Assembly: GCA_001949185.1 (NCBI GenBank)
Contig: BDGG01000001.1
Coordinates: 2,807,324-2,871,323 of the forward strand
Source of the DNA: Ramazzottius varieornatus
Lineage: Eukaryota; Animalia; Tardigrada
Direction of reading: 5' to 3'
DNA: 64,000 bases
Shown here one piece after another: positions 1 through 12,290 of the stretch; position 1 is the first letter of the stretch; each line of letters starts with the position of its first letter. The notes under the pieces were generated by a model. The model saw only the letters and a list, made by a program, of their open reading frames with translations, ran no database searches and was not told where the DNA came from. A program made the translations under genes and the position numbers.

Positions 1-3000
1 GCTAACACCAACCGTTGCGTCAAAGATCAGGCGCGTGGGTTCACGCGGGAAGGGCTGGCTGATGGGTTCTTTTTATTTCCAGTCCCTGTGGAGCAGTTTG
101 AAAATCGAGCATAAAACCGGATAAAGCACCATTAGAATTCCATTCGACACTTGCTTAGCTCTAAATACACTGATGGTCCACAGACACCAACGTTAACCCG
201 GGACCTAGTTTCTCTCCCACAAAACACCACGCCCATTAACCCGACCTTACGGGATAAATGGATATTTTGGTAAAATAATCGGCCTTGGCCAAATGCTTAT
301 CCCCCGAAGGGGAGATTAACAAATTAAGTTCCCATCTCACAAAGAGCTGGAGTTGGAAAAAGGAAAAAGTGTCGGTGATGTAAGGCTCACATAGAGGAAG
401 AATCGGCTAATCAAAGTTGGCTTATTCGGCAAAAATAAAAATATTCCCGCGTTTCAAAAGGCAACCCATCATCGAGATAAAAGTATTGCAACAAGAATAC
501 TTCAAAGTAAGATAAAGTGAAATCTCAAAAATTTAACCTTTGAGGATAGAGGTCTGAAATTCTGAGCCGTCATGATGCTTATTGAAAAGAGATATCGGGC
601 TACGTGCCGGGTTGAGATTCCCGTTTGAGACAAGCTAGAGTACCGGAACAGAATTATCGGAAAAGGAATGACTGACATACCTCATTCGATAATTGGCTTA
701 ACAAAAACCCGACAAAGGAATGGGTGCGGTTGACGTGTTAAATTTGCATGATCGGTTGGGTTCGCGTCATAAACCACCGCCGCACATGTACAGAGACCCA
801 TACTACAAAGCAACAGGACCACAGATGCCAGATGAAAACACTTGTTGAAATAAGCTCGATATCTTCGATCGTCGTCACCAACCGCACAAGAAAAACTTAT
901 CCATCACGGCCCGATCGGGAGAAGAGAGAAAGGGGAACAGCGCAATATAACTCTGTCGAGAACATAAAGTATGCGGCAAGATAAACACGAATCAGCTTGA
1001 CGATGCGATTACGTGAAGCTCGATCACATCGCATCGCATCACATCACAGGACTCTCTTACGCTGGGCAGTGCCTGCTGATATCCATTTTACCATCCAGGA
1101 TTCTATTTCTTCATCAGGGTGGTTTCACTCCTGCCAGCATGCATCTGTAGTACACTTGCGTTCCTGTTCCCTCGTCAACGTCAATGTTGAGGCCAACAGG
1201 GTTCCGGTGTGCGTGATGGCAAATTATACAGCTGCAAGGCTCGGGATAGAGTAGGGAAGGGAGTGGTGCCTGTTGACTTGCTAACTTAGGCCTGTGGCTT
1301 GGCGCTTGCGTATACATACGAAAGAAGGGCTCAAGCGCTGGTGGAATTAAGAATTCCCGTTGCTTCCTGCCTACTTTATGACCTAGGTTAGTCCTGCCGA
1401 GCTACATGCGTCGCTAGCTCTCCTTCATCCAGCTGCCACATCTGAGCCACCGAGCTCTAGCGCGCTGTTGTGGAGCTTCGTCTGGGAAGGCTGCTGGACC
1501 AAACTGTTGATGAGAAACGAACAGAGCACATACGCGCGTACCGGATATATTCCCGACGAATAATTGATTCACTGGGATTTGCATGACTGGCTGATTCCTC
1601 AATCCCTACGCCACAGCGTCTCTCCACAATCTTCACCGCACATTGGCTTCAGAAAAATCCGGACGCGCTTCCTCATTCTACCGAGTTACGGGAACTGTGT
1701 GCCTGACAAAACAACACAAAGGACCGCACGCCCGTAGACACGAATAAAGAAATTAAGTTAAAGACTTCCGTCACGCTATTAGCGTTCACATCCACATTTC
1801 TTAACAAAAACCGCTTAGTCCACATTATTTTCAGTCTATTGTATCATTCGAGAATTTGTTACCGCAGCATCGAAAAGTCGTTTTTGGTCCGGTCCAATCG
1901 AATTTTTTATACGTTCACTGATGCGGATACTTTCCCTGCTTTATATGCATTTCCTCACGTGGATCAACCGGGATGGGTCCTTAAGACTCTTCGCGTAAGC
2001 CACCGGCACCGAACATCTGTCAGCCCCCATGGACATAAAAAAACGTAACAGACAGTTCGAGCTGGGAAAGGCGCGGAAAACGCCACTGACGTACCATTGT
2101 ACGAGGGAGTTCATACTAACTCAGGCTTTGACGCGAAGGTCTTCCTCAAAGTCTATCCACTCTAATGAATTCCACACCACTTTACCATCTGCCTTTATTA
2201 CGCTTCTCCAAAGTCAAGCATGTACAAGCATCCAAACTGCCAGAGTGCTTTTTAGACAAAAACGGAAGGTCAACTTAATAAAACAAAGAGTCGTTTTTCC
2301 GGGTATGATCGATCAAACTGTGCATCATTTGAACCCGCTAGCACCATCCACAACTCACACGCTAACAACGCACGAACCCGATGAAAGTTCCTGACTATAA
2401 TATCACGAGGACAAGCAAAGGACAGGTGTCGAACAGGAAGACAGGAGGCAACTCCACAAAAGAAAATCAATATTCTATCGCATTCTCTTCCTTCTGAACT
2501 TCCGTCAGTTCTTCAGATCGAGCAGCGAGCATTGTTCTTGACGAAAGTCATACCCGGAAGCAGGTGGGCCAACCGGTACGCAGTGGGATAAATTAAAACG
2601 CTTCAGCGCGCCTTTACAGATTATTCTAGGGCGAGAAGCCAAAGGAGGAAGCCTTTACGTTAGCCTCTCTTAGAAAATATTAACTCTGAATATTACAGCG
2701 ACCGCGTGACGACCCTTTGGACTTTAGGGTGCGCTACCTAAGTTAACAATCGTAACAGCCTCACCGAGGTGATATGCCGTGTCGGCCTGACATTTACCGT
2801 GTACCTGTGGTGGTCGGCTGAAGGCAAATGAAGCCTCTGCGTGAGATTATATGAGCTCCTAACCTGAATGCGAACACGGAAATTACCACCAAACGCGACA
2901 TGCAAGTCGCCAATAGGCAAATTATTGGTCTTCTCCCCGGCGTCAGGAATTACCTGTCGAACCATGCTTATTTGTGGATCCTAATGCACAACAATTAGCT

Positions 3001-3047
3001 GAATGAAGTACCCTCAAAAACAACGCGACGAACCCACAGACCGAAGA

Positions 3048-3919
3048 TCATTCATTTGATCTAAAACCTCGTCGAACCACGCATTCTAAGACAGTAACTA
3101 TCGTCGACTCCTCTGGGTTTCTCGCCAATGTTGACTCCTGTTAGCACATCGACGCAGAAGCAGGTGCCGGTTCGCTTGGCTAGAGTTCCAGGTCGGCATT
3201 GCACTGTGCTGTAGGTACCATCTCGCTCACAGGAAGGCACAAATGTTCCGAGAGCCCGCTCTGAAAAATAAATTCAAGCAGTTGGACAAAGCGGTCTCGA
3301 CAGTCCGCTTCAAGGTTTTCAGTTGGGACGTGGGCAGATGAATTGTGGCCGATCGTTTTCTCAAGTGGCGCAGACTTTGTGTTAACAACAATGAGTACGT
3401 GCGCCACTTCGGGTGCCGATCTGGTTCAACACATTACCCTTCGTCGCAGCTACTACTCTAACGTCAAAGTTCCCCGCTCTTCTAAGTCCAAAAGCGAGAA
3501 CTGATATATCTAGTGAGAACGATGCTTACTTGTAGTCAGGGCCTCGTAGAAACGGTTAGGACAGTCGCAGTGCAGTGGGGTGGAAGGCGACACAGCTTTC
3601 GGCTGGTAGATCTTCTGTCCGTGGGGTTCCACGCAGAACGGAGTTCCAGAACGGTTGTGCTGAAGGCTGAGGAAGGCACCTTGGTTGTCACATTGTGGGA
3701 TCCAAGCCGAAGGTCCTTGCACTGCTGACTTCAAAGCTTTCTCGCGAGCTGCCTCACATAGTCCAAACTTGCTTGTGTTCGCCGTCACGGAAGAAATCAC
3801 TGCGAGAAATCCAAAAACCTGGAGACAACAGCTCTGCTTAGTACTCTCGACGGTCTCGGCACTGTCAAAAGGAAAAAAACCGAAGGAAAACTTGCCATCA
3901 AGAATATGGATTGATCCAT
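3048..3919 (-). CDS. Secreted protein with two thyroglobulin type-1 domains (thyropin-like protease inhibitor candidate); 3 exons: 3919-3896, 3818-3530, 3260-3048
   Basis: Spliced product begins with a signal peptide, MDQSIFLM|VFGFLAVISSVTA. It continues CEAAREKA..WIPQCDNQGAF..FCVEPHG..C and CPNR..FVPSCERDGTYSTVQC..CFCVDVLTG..C, the Tg1 pattern (P-x-C-x-x-x-G, QC, CxCV). Exon phases are compatible. Confidence 0.85.
3324..3440. repeat. Intronic palindrome family A copy (thyropin intron 2)
   Basis: gggacgtgggcagatgaattg..gatcgttttctcaagtggcgca-N27-tgcgccacttcg..cgatc. Confidence 0.85.
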
Positions 3920-5081
3920 GCTGGAGTGTGGAGTTGGAAGTCTTCGCCAAAAAAAAGAAAGGGTCCGTAATGCGAATGGTGAAGTCGAGAGAACTGAACT
4001 CACTATGCCGCGAAGAGCAGACTTATGAAGAGTCACGAAGACCTTCAAGAACCATAACACGAAACGAGAACGTTGCCTTCACCTGACCGACTGAACTTGA
4101 ATCGTTTTCTTGATTAATGAACCTTGATGGGCGTTAGATGACAGGCTTGCTTCTGTTCTCGATGGATTCTGCGAGGCAGATGAACAACAATAACATTTTA
4201 AGGTCGCAGAGGCCTACCAATGGTCCTTCAGGCGACTACAGCTGACCATTGTTTTGTTGTTCACGCGCAGATACCCGCAAGGTCCTCACTCTAGCAGAAG
4301 CATCTCTCTTCAAAGACTCGGGCTTCCCCTGATGCAATACGCGTACACGTTATGTCCAAGCTATGAGAGGAGAAGGCTGTTTTCGTGCGTCGCGATAATT
4401 CAGCCAAGGACCCTGCCTTCACTTACCAAACAAATCCAAACAGATAACTTAAGTTAGCATGACTACAGTACACGTACATAACCGGCAAAATCCAACCGTT
4501 TGTTCCATATTCCAAATCGATTGAACAGACAATTTAGATTTCAGAAAGGTAATCCATTGGAATTTTTAAACACGTGAAAGTGTGTTCTTCTTTCAGCTTC
4601 CGTGTTCTGAAATGCACTGTATTCCCTCGATAGTTCTGCGAATAACGTCATCACGCCCGTAAATTACACCCGCACTGGTATCGCTGATTGTTTGATTGTC
4701 GCCCTCATTACACTTGACTGGGGGTCTTTGATTGAAGGTATGATACTTTCTGTTCCCCGCCGGACAATATTTACCACGACAGTCACGTGATTCGCAGAAC
4801 TTTCGAGGGAATACAGTAAATCCTTGAAACGAAGCGCCACCTGTAAATTACATATCTCGTCACAGATGATATCGGTACGAATACCGTACGATATTGATCG
4901 GTCCAGGCACCACCGCCTGAAGCATTGAATACACTGCAAGTCTGCAACAGAGAACCCGACATTGCTGAGCAAGCAATCGGAAATCGACTTTGTGCACACG
5001 TACAAGGCTTCACAGACTGTCAGTCGGAAAATTCAATATTTTCCACAGGTTCTTTTTGGAAATTCCCCAAGTGATCGCAAG

Positions 5082-8000
5082 ATGGCCGGCTACTCTGAAA
5101 CCCGTGAAATCAACCGTGAGGATCCTACTCGCTTCTTCACCCTCAGCAGCCACGACCAGAAAGGCTTCGACGACGACAACAATTTCAGCCAGAACCGACG
5201 ACGCATCGGCATGTCTGACGACCAGATCCTTTCCGGAAATGACATCCACAGCTGGTATCGGCATTTGACGGGCGACCAGCCACCGATCACCCTGCGAGAC
5301 TTCAGCTCTTTCTTCGACCGCCATCCAGGAAGTACCTGGCATCGGGATCAAGACGGCACCTTGGTCATCCGCGAAAGCAGCACCAATAGCTTCTCTGGTC
5401 GACCGGAAGAAAAGCAGATTGACTACTACAACTTCCGTCCATGGGCTAATCAGAGAGAAGACCGTCAACCCTACTTCGATTACCAGCCTCAACAAGACTT
5501 CCACCGCTTCGATCGTGAACAGTGGGGCGGACGTGATACCGGCTTGAACTTCGGCTACAATACGGTAAGTGAAAATTTAACTTTTCTTTTTGAAATAAAG
5601 AAGATATCAATAAAAGAAGTCGGAGGAAATCAGTCTGCGTTATTTCGTTCAGAAACCGACAAAAGAAAGCTCGTTCAATGCACAGTGTTACCAAATAATT
5701 TAATTTGTAGTTCTCGAACTACCAACAGGACTTCCCCAACCTGCAGGAAAGCGAGTTTTTGACTCGTCGCCAGTATGAAAATGAAGGTCGGGATCGTCAG
5801 TTTGGAGGCCAAAACCAGTCGGCCTTCAGTCGCTTTAGCCAAGAACGTTGGGGTGACATGGACAGCGGGTTGCGTTTCCGTCAAGATGCGGTAAGCGAAG
5901 CAAACCTGATTGCTTCCGGGTATGGAAATTCCGCAGCAAAATCTCAGAATTTTATCAAGAGGCATTTCTGGTCGCTAGTTCCCTGGCCTAACAAACTACA
6001 ACACGAGTGGCTTCCAGCAGGAAGCTCAAGGTGGCGGATTGTTGAACGAAATACGCAACTTCGACTCTGGAACGCTGCGACATGTACGTTGATCTAACTT
6101 GATTATTTGATTGAATGGTCAGATGCTTTGGTCTTATAGGTTTCTCGAGACGATCAGTTCAACCGGGACCAATGGGTCAATCGTGATACTGGCTTCCAGT
6201 CCAACAACCGAACAGATTTTACTCAGCCTCAGCACCATACGGCGAACGCCAACCTAGAGTTCCATCCAGAGCTGATGAACGAAATCAAGAACTTTTCTTG
6301 GAGATCACTGCGACATGTAGTACCGCTCTCGGTTTTTAAGTCAACTTCAGAAAATATGGAAGCTGTGCATTTTCATGTTTTACAGGTTGCGCGCGATGAC
6401 CGGGATGGCCAACAGCGCTCGAACTATCGCGACGCTGGTTTCCAATTCCGTCAGAACACCGTAAGTCAAATACAAGTTCCTCAATGGAAATCCTTGAACA
6501 GTACATTTCATAGCTTACACACTGAGCCATTTTTTGCCATTTTGGAATCCTTTCTCAGTTTTAATTTGAATATTTTGGTTCCAGAATGGATTTTCGATGT
6601 ATGCTTTCGTGTTATTTTGCAGTTCGACTTCCAGCAAGAGTTCCCTCGATACGGTCAAGACCAACACTTCAATACCCAACAGAATTTCAGCACCCATTTC
6701 CAACGCGGGGATGTGGATCGGGATCGTCATTACGAGTACGTGCGTCAACAAGATCAGCCTCAAAATACGGTACGCAAAGAACTTGCTTACTCTTACAGCA
6801 CTCTCATGATTCAATCTGTTCACGCTCTTTATTCTTCATGTCATTCCAGTTTACCAACTTTCAAGAGGCAGCTCCTCAAAATTACTACGACACCTACACG
6901 CCTTTCCGCTTCGGGCGCAACGACCAGTTCGACTACCGCGACACGGTGAGCCGACAACAATTCCAAAGCGGAAACGACTATGGCCGCTACGGAAACATGG
7001 ACAACAACCACCGCTTCGACCGCCAGCCTGAGCAGCCATCTTCCAACTACGGTATGGAACATCAGTTCGACACCCAGCGCTTCAGCATGGATCGTCAGCC
7101 GTTCTACCCGACTTTCCAGCCCGAACAACGCAACTACAGCTACGGAACGGAACACACCTCTCAGCTGAAGCGCCTCCACCACGACGAACCCCTCGGAGGT
7201 CGTCGACAGCCTTTCGGACAGCACTTCGAGCGGAGACCTCATTTCGGACATCGACAACGTCAACAGCGCAGTCGCCCTCCAAGCCAAGGAGACCAGTGGA
7301 TGCATACCGACCTCGACAAGATCGACACGCACCTGTTCGATGATGAAGGGCGCGAACGACAGAACAGACGAGGATTCCAATCCGAGCAGAATACGGTAAG
7401 CGTAATATTCGTACTCAAGATTTCCGACGAAAAAACCACCAAGACGTAAATGAGCGAAAATCCTAATTTTTTGCTACCCTTTCACAGTTCTTCGACCAAC
7501 GTTACTCTCAGCCACGTTACAACCAAGAACATCAAGGAAACTACGGATCGAACTTCCACTCTGGAGAGAATATTGTGAGTGACGACCGCGCTTTGGTCAA
7601 TGAAAACAAATTCAACGTTTGTAGGAATGATACGTATAGCTCTATCGGGTGTGGCTGACATGTGCGAAATCTCAGTCAGGATTTCTAACTTGTCTTCTTT
7701 GCAGTTCAACAGCCTGCAGGGCTTCTCAGGACCTCAACACGATCACTTCATCGGTCGCCATTTCGAATATCAGGGTCAACCTAACTCTCAACAATACGGT
7801 AGAAACGACTGGGATAACCCACACACTGGCTTCCGGTTCCAGCAAGATATGGTAGAGAAAAACAAATTTACTCTGACATCGCGACTTCGCTGTGAAATGA
7901 TACGTCGGCAAATGATTGCACATGGCGCACACTTTCAGTCAATAACTATGAAAACGTGCACCACTTGAGACGATGACCATGCTAAGTCCATCTGTCGACG

Positions 8001-9687
8001 TCTCAGATTGGTTTTATTTGGTTAATCCCGGACTCCTACTGTTATCCCACATGGCAGTTTGCGTTTCTTTTTATCAGGCCCAACGAAACGACCAGCGCTT
8101 CGGCCCCGATCAGATGACGCACCAATTCGACACGCAACGCTTCAACATGGACCGTCAGCCCTTCCAAGAATCCTGGACGAGACACTTCCAGCCCCAACAG
8201 CGAATGTCCGACACCATCGAGCACCCGATTCCGTTCACTCGCCTGCAACATGACGAGCAGATGGGATACCAAGGACCTTCATTCTTCGCTGGAGGACAGA
8301 ACTTTAACCAATGCCAACAGTACGGCGGTGACCACCAGCGTCACGCTGGACGTCACCGACGCCAGCAACATGGTCGTGCCAGAGCCCAACGCGAGCAATG
8401 GGTCCACACCGATTTGGACAAGATCGACACGCACCTCTTCGACTTGGACCTCGGTCACCATGAGCGACAGCAGTTTGGACGTGGCAACCAGTCTCATCAG
8501 AACACTGTGAGCATAATCTTTCCCGTTTCTCTACTTGGGAGGTGCTGAGATTTCGCCAGACAAAGTCTACCAGATCATTTGTCGAAGTGGCGCGCGTTAC
8601 CAGCTGATATTACTGATAACATGCGCCACTTGAAATAACGGTCTGGTCGAGTATGTTTGCCCAGCTCTCATTTGTCTGAAGAGCTGATGAGCCGATGCGT
8701 TCTAGTTTTCTGGCCAGTGGGGGTACCCGCAACAACACCGCGACGACTTCTTCAACAACCAACCCCAGCACATGACCAACTACCAAACCGGAAACCGTGA
8801 TCGTCATTTCGACCAACGCCAAACACATTTCCAACAAGGCACCCAGCAAGGATGGGACGATCGTCATTTCGGTTTCCAGACAGGTCAAGCCATGGTAAGC
8901 AAGACTAAGTCTGCATCTGTTACCGATGGGGAAAAATATCTGCAAAACCTCCACAATCTTAGATGAAGTTCTAATTTCCGCTATAACTCGCAAACCGAAA
9001 ATTCATTTTTATAATTCATTAATTTTCCAGGTCGACCAACGTGACTGGATGAACCAGCAGTCCTTCCGTGGCCAACAACAAGACCAGCACTTTGGAGGTC
9101 GCCAACAGCACAGACCTGCCTTCTTTGGCGGACAGCACTTCGAGCACGGTCGTCAGTATGGTGTAGACCACGAGCGCCACATCAAACGCCGCCTACGTCA
9201 AGAACGCAACCGAAAGCGCGAGCAGGAAGAACAGTGGGTCCACACCGACTTGGACAAGATCGACACGCACCTTTTCGAGCTGGACCTAGGCCGTCATGAA
9301 GGACAGTACGGCATGAACCGGAACCAGCACGGCGGACAACGCTACCAGAACGAGTACTACCGTGGCCAGGACTTCTACCAGGGTCAAGGACAAGGGCGTT
9401 ACTCTCAGCACTCCAGTGGAGGACTTCGTGGTGGCTTTGAGCGCTATCAGACAGGTAACCAAAACTTCTAAACAGTTTTCTAATATTAATCCTACTGGTG
9501 TTTGAAAGCTTTCCTGGCAAACGTACGGTAGTGAATACTAATGAGAGGTATTTTTGTTTCAGGTGGACATGGTGGCAACTGGGGACGTCACAACGATGCT
9601 TACAGGAAGAAGGTGAACGATCTTGGCGGTCTTGGCCAGATCATCAACGCGCTGGCCACTGATGTGCAGCACGTCGTGCCTCAGTAA
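5082..9687 (+). CDS. ~1,000-aa low-complexity Q/N/G/R/F/D/Y/H-rich repeat protein with N-terminal LOTUS/OST-HTH-like domain; 13 coding exons
   Basis: Exons start near 5082, 5711, 5979, 6140, 6386, 6623, 6850, 7488, 7705, 8078, 8706, 9031 and 9563, with GT-AG boundaries and consistent frame. Stop TAA at 9685-9687. Internal repeats: WxHTDLDKIDTHLF x3, HQFDTQRFxMDRQPF x2, NEIxNFxxxxLRH x2. The domain call is by eye; the gene model is more secure than the domain call. Confidence 0.85.
7901..8004. repeat. Intronic palindrome family A copy (repeat-protein intron)
   Basis: acgtcggcaaatga..tggcgca-N27-tgcaccacttgaga. Confidence 0.75.
8570..8668. repeat. Intronic palindrome family A copy (repeat-protein intron)
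   Basis: ccagatcatt..aagtggcgcg-N27-tgcgccacttgaaataacggtctgg..tttgccca. Confidence 0.85.
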
Positions 9688-9896
9688 ACGTCCTGAAGCT
9701 TTGCCATTGCATTTTGTATCCTCATAGCCAAGTTTTTAGCTACATGTAGCTTTCATGAGTTCTCAATTCATGCACATCGGTTTTAGTCCACGCAAGTTTG
9801 GGTTCATCGCATTACCGGGTTTCTTTCTCCTTACATTCTTTCACAGACTGGCGCCTATCATGTTCTCAGAAAAATATTTTTACAATAGTAAAACTA

Positions 9897-10043
9897 CTGT
9901 ATAAATATTCGCTGCATCCGCGCGGCACGTCATCGTACAAGTGAAGTACAGCCCCAGTCCAGTTTCACAGATTGCGCAGCCCCCTACGGGGGTGCATCGT
10001 CCCGTACGAGTACGTACTGCGCGGATGCAGCGAATATTTACAG
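9897..10043. mobile_element. ~150-bp MITE with ~30-bp terminal inverted repeats and TA flanks (Tc1/mariner-type)
   Basis: Left end ctgt(at)aaatattcgctgcatccgcgc and right end gcgcggatgcagcgaatatttacag are inverted copies. TA at 9895-9896 and 10044-10045. Confidence 0.8.
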
Positions 10044-10168
10044 TATCTCATAAACCGCTGGCAGTTCGGTCTAATGTTGAGCACCGAAATAATAGTGAAA
10101 AGTTGGAAGAGAGATTCCATGTGTTGAAAAATCTGATTAAATTTTGCATACCTCGTGGTTTGATCGGA

Positions 10169-12158
10169 CTATAAGTACGAGAAGTGCATCCGAAGTAGCG
10201 GTGAAAGATCCTCCACGTGGGCTTGAGAGTGAGAGAGTGAAGCAATCTGGGGACTTCCATCTTGCTCGCGTAGGCTGGTACCGGTTGCGTAGTCAGCTGA
10301 GCAGTGCTTTCGAATGTACTCTATCAGGTCCCCGTAGACTCCTTCCGAATCAGCCTCTGCATCTAGAAGTCCACAGATATGTAATATATTGCAACCGAAA
10401 TGGTTGTCTACCGCAAGAAGTTTCCAAATGTTCGTTCGAGCAGAATTACTCGTAGGATGGATTGTGCTTACCTGTGAGGCATCTTTGCTCTCCATGGCGT
10501 TCCAGTACTAAAGACAGTAGAGTCCACACCAATGTACCGAACTGTCGGTTACCGCTCCGCCAAATGTCTAAGAAGGCTCCGTGCAAAAAGCTCAGTAAGG
10601 AACTTTCCAAGAAGGATGAGTTGTGCTTGTCCAGACAGTTCGGAAGTATAACTTCGTCAAAGAGGCTGGACAAAAACTGGATTTCTTGGGAGAAACTTGA
10701 TACTTTGTAGTGCAGAAGAAGAACTCCATACGGACGACCTAAACGAACGAAGCGCGTGAACGGGCACTGATAGATGACTCGTAAAACAAACCTTTGACAA
10801 CATTCTGGACGTTTTCGAGTGCTAGTTCTTCAAGCGTTGCATCGAGAAACATGACGAAGGCGGTGAGGATGGAGAACAGCTTCGACAACGCAGAAGGTTC
10901 TCCGTTTATGAAAGCCCCGGCGTAGTCTGCTCTTGCAGTCGTAAGGAACGATCGAACCTTCTGGAGAGTGTTGCTGCTGGAGCAGAAGTCCAGGAGAATA
11001 TTCTCCAGTACAGCCTGCAAAGAACGAAGCATAATCACCACATATGCTCGTTTGCAGATCGAAGATGGGACTTCCCCACCATCGATAAGTCTATCATTCC
11101 AACGTCGCCTGTAGCTGTCCAGCGTCCGTCTAGGTCGAGGCGATAAACAGACGATCCCTTTAGCCCCTTCAGCATCCTAACATGAATCGAAACATTGTTA
11201 TCATGCTGTATCAGCTGAACCGCACTCAAATTACCATATGGTTTCTTGAAGGATAATGTGTTCCGGAAGGACCCGATACTGGTGTCTGTAAACAGAAGAC
11301 TCTTATCGTACGATAAGCTCAACAAAACAGTATGTCTTAATCTGTATCCACTAACCTCAAGCTTTTTGCACCATCACCGGACCATTCTTTGCATGCGCCG
11401 TAAGTGGTAAGTGGGGTAGTTCGCTGGCTCCAATAGGCTGGAATAAGCCTGGACTTTAGTGCTTCCTCCTGTAAGGGCGTCAACGCGTCTGCGCTAAGAG
11501 TAACCATCCTAAGGCTCCGCTGTTTCCCCGGTGCTACTTCCTGACCAACCTTTCCGAAAGGAACTTGCGTCAATATGGTAGCGCTTCTCTTAAGGAATCG
11601 AAGATCTGAAATGCATAAGACAAGTAAGATACAGAAGTTTGCGCGGGCTTGTCCAGCTGAGTCCGCTGACAGCTGTTCCGACTTTTCTCCAGCTTCCAGT
11701 ATAACAATTACCAAACATCCAGCGAGCTGTTGGAGGTTCCAAAGCATCAAGCAACAGCGAGCAACACGACAATAATTACGGCAACGATAGCAATATACGT
11801 GACGAAAATTTTCATTCTTCGGTTAACCGAAGAATGAAAATAGCGCTTCTTCCGTAGTTAACCTAATTTTCTTTTTTAATTAACAGTATCAGACTGTTGA
11901 GATTGCGAAAATCCCGTGCATGCAGAGACTGTACTACAATGCAAATGTTGTATGCTTACGTCATCGCACGATGAATGAGTCACGTTTGTTGAGTTGATCC
12001 GGCGGCCTGTCTCTATCTCCGGCTGGTGCAACTGTAATTTGTTTCGTACGGCTTGCTTAAACGACATGTGCTCCATTACACAGCCCTGCAGTAGACGATT
12101 CCAAGCGTGAGATCCGACTCTTCTCCTTCTCATCGAGCTGAAGTATCCTCATCGACAT
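10169..12158 (-). pseudogene. Gamma-tubulin complex component 5 (GCP5)-like, N-terminal half only; truncated gene or pseudogene
   Basis: Spliced minus-strand fragments QLDEKEKSRISRLESSTAGL, LIPAYWSQR, YRVLPEHIILQETIWMLKGLKG, DAEADSEGVYGDLIEYIRKH and HVEDLSPLLRMHF match, in the same order, remembered GCP5 segments (RLDAQQERDVRELVRGVAGL, QYW, VIRETLWLLSGVK, DAERKSLY, HDPLLAINF). Clean introns near 11287-11354 and 10739-10791. Apparent frame disruption near 12060. Ends at 10169 without a GRIP2 region. Confidence 0.65.
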
Positions 12159-12290
12159 CGTTGCCTCTGGTCGGACTATCTTGCACTACGGATGACCTTC
12201 CACGGACATATGAAGCACCCAAAGAGGCGAAAGTAACGTCTTGGAAGGATACAACGCACCACGTATCAACTTCCGATTAGCTGATTCAAA

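Noticed and set aside
1-3000. Short ORFs and small hairpins at the window start
   Set aside because: No recognisable domains, consistent exon chain, or TIR/TSD pair.
5082-9687. Repeat protein as a neuropeptide precursor or a CAHS/SAHS/LEA protein
   Set aside because: No signal peptide, no regular dibasic/amidation cassettes and no long A/E/K-rich amphipathic helical repeats.
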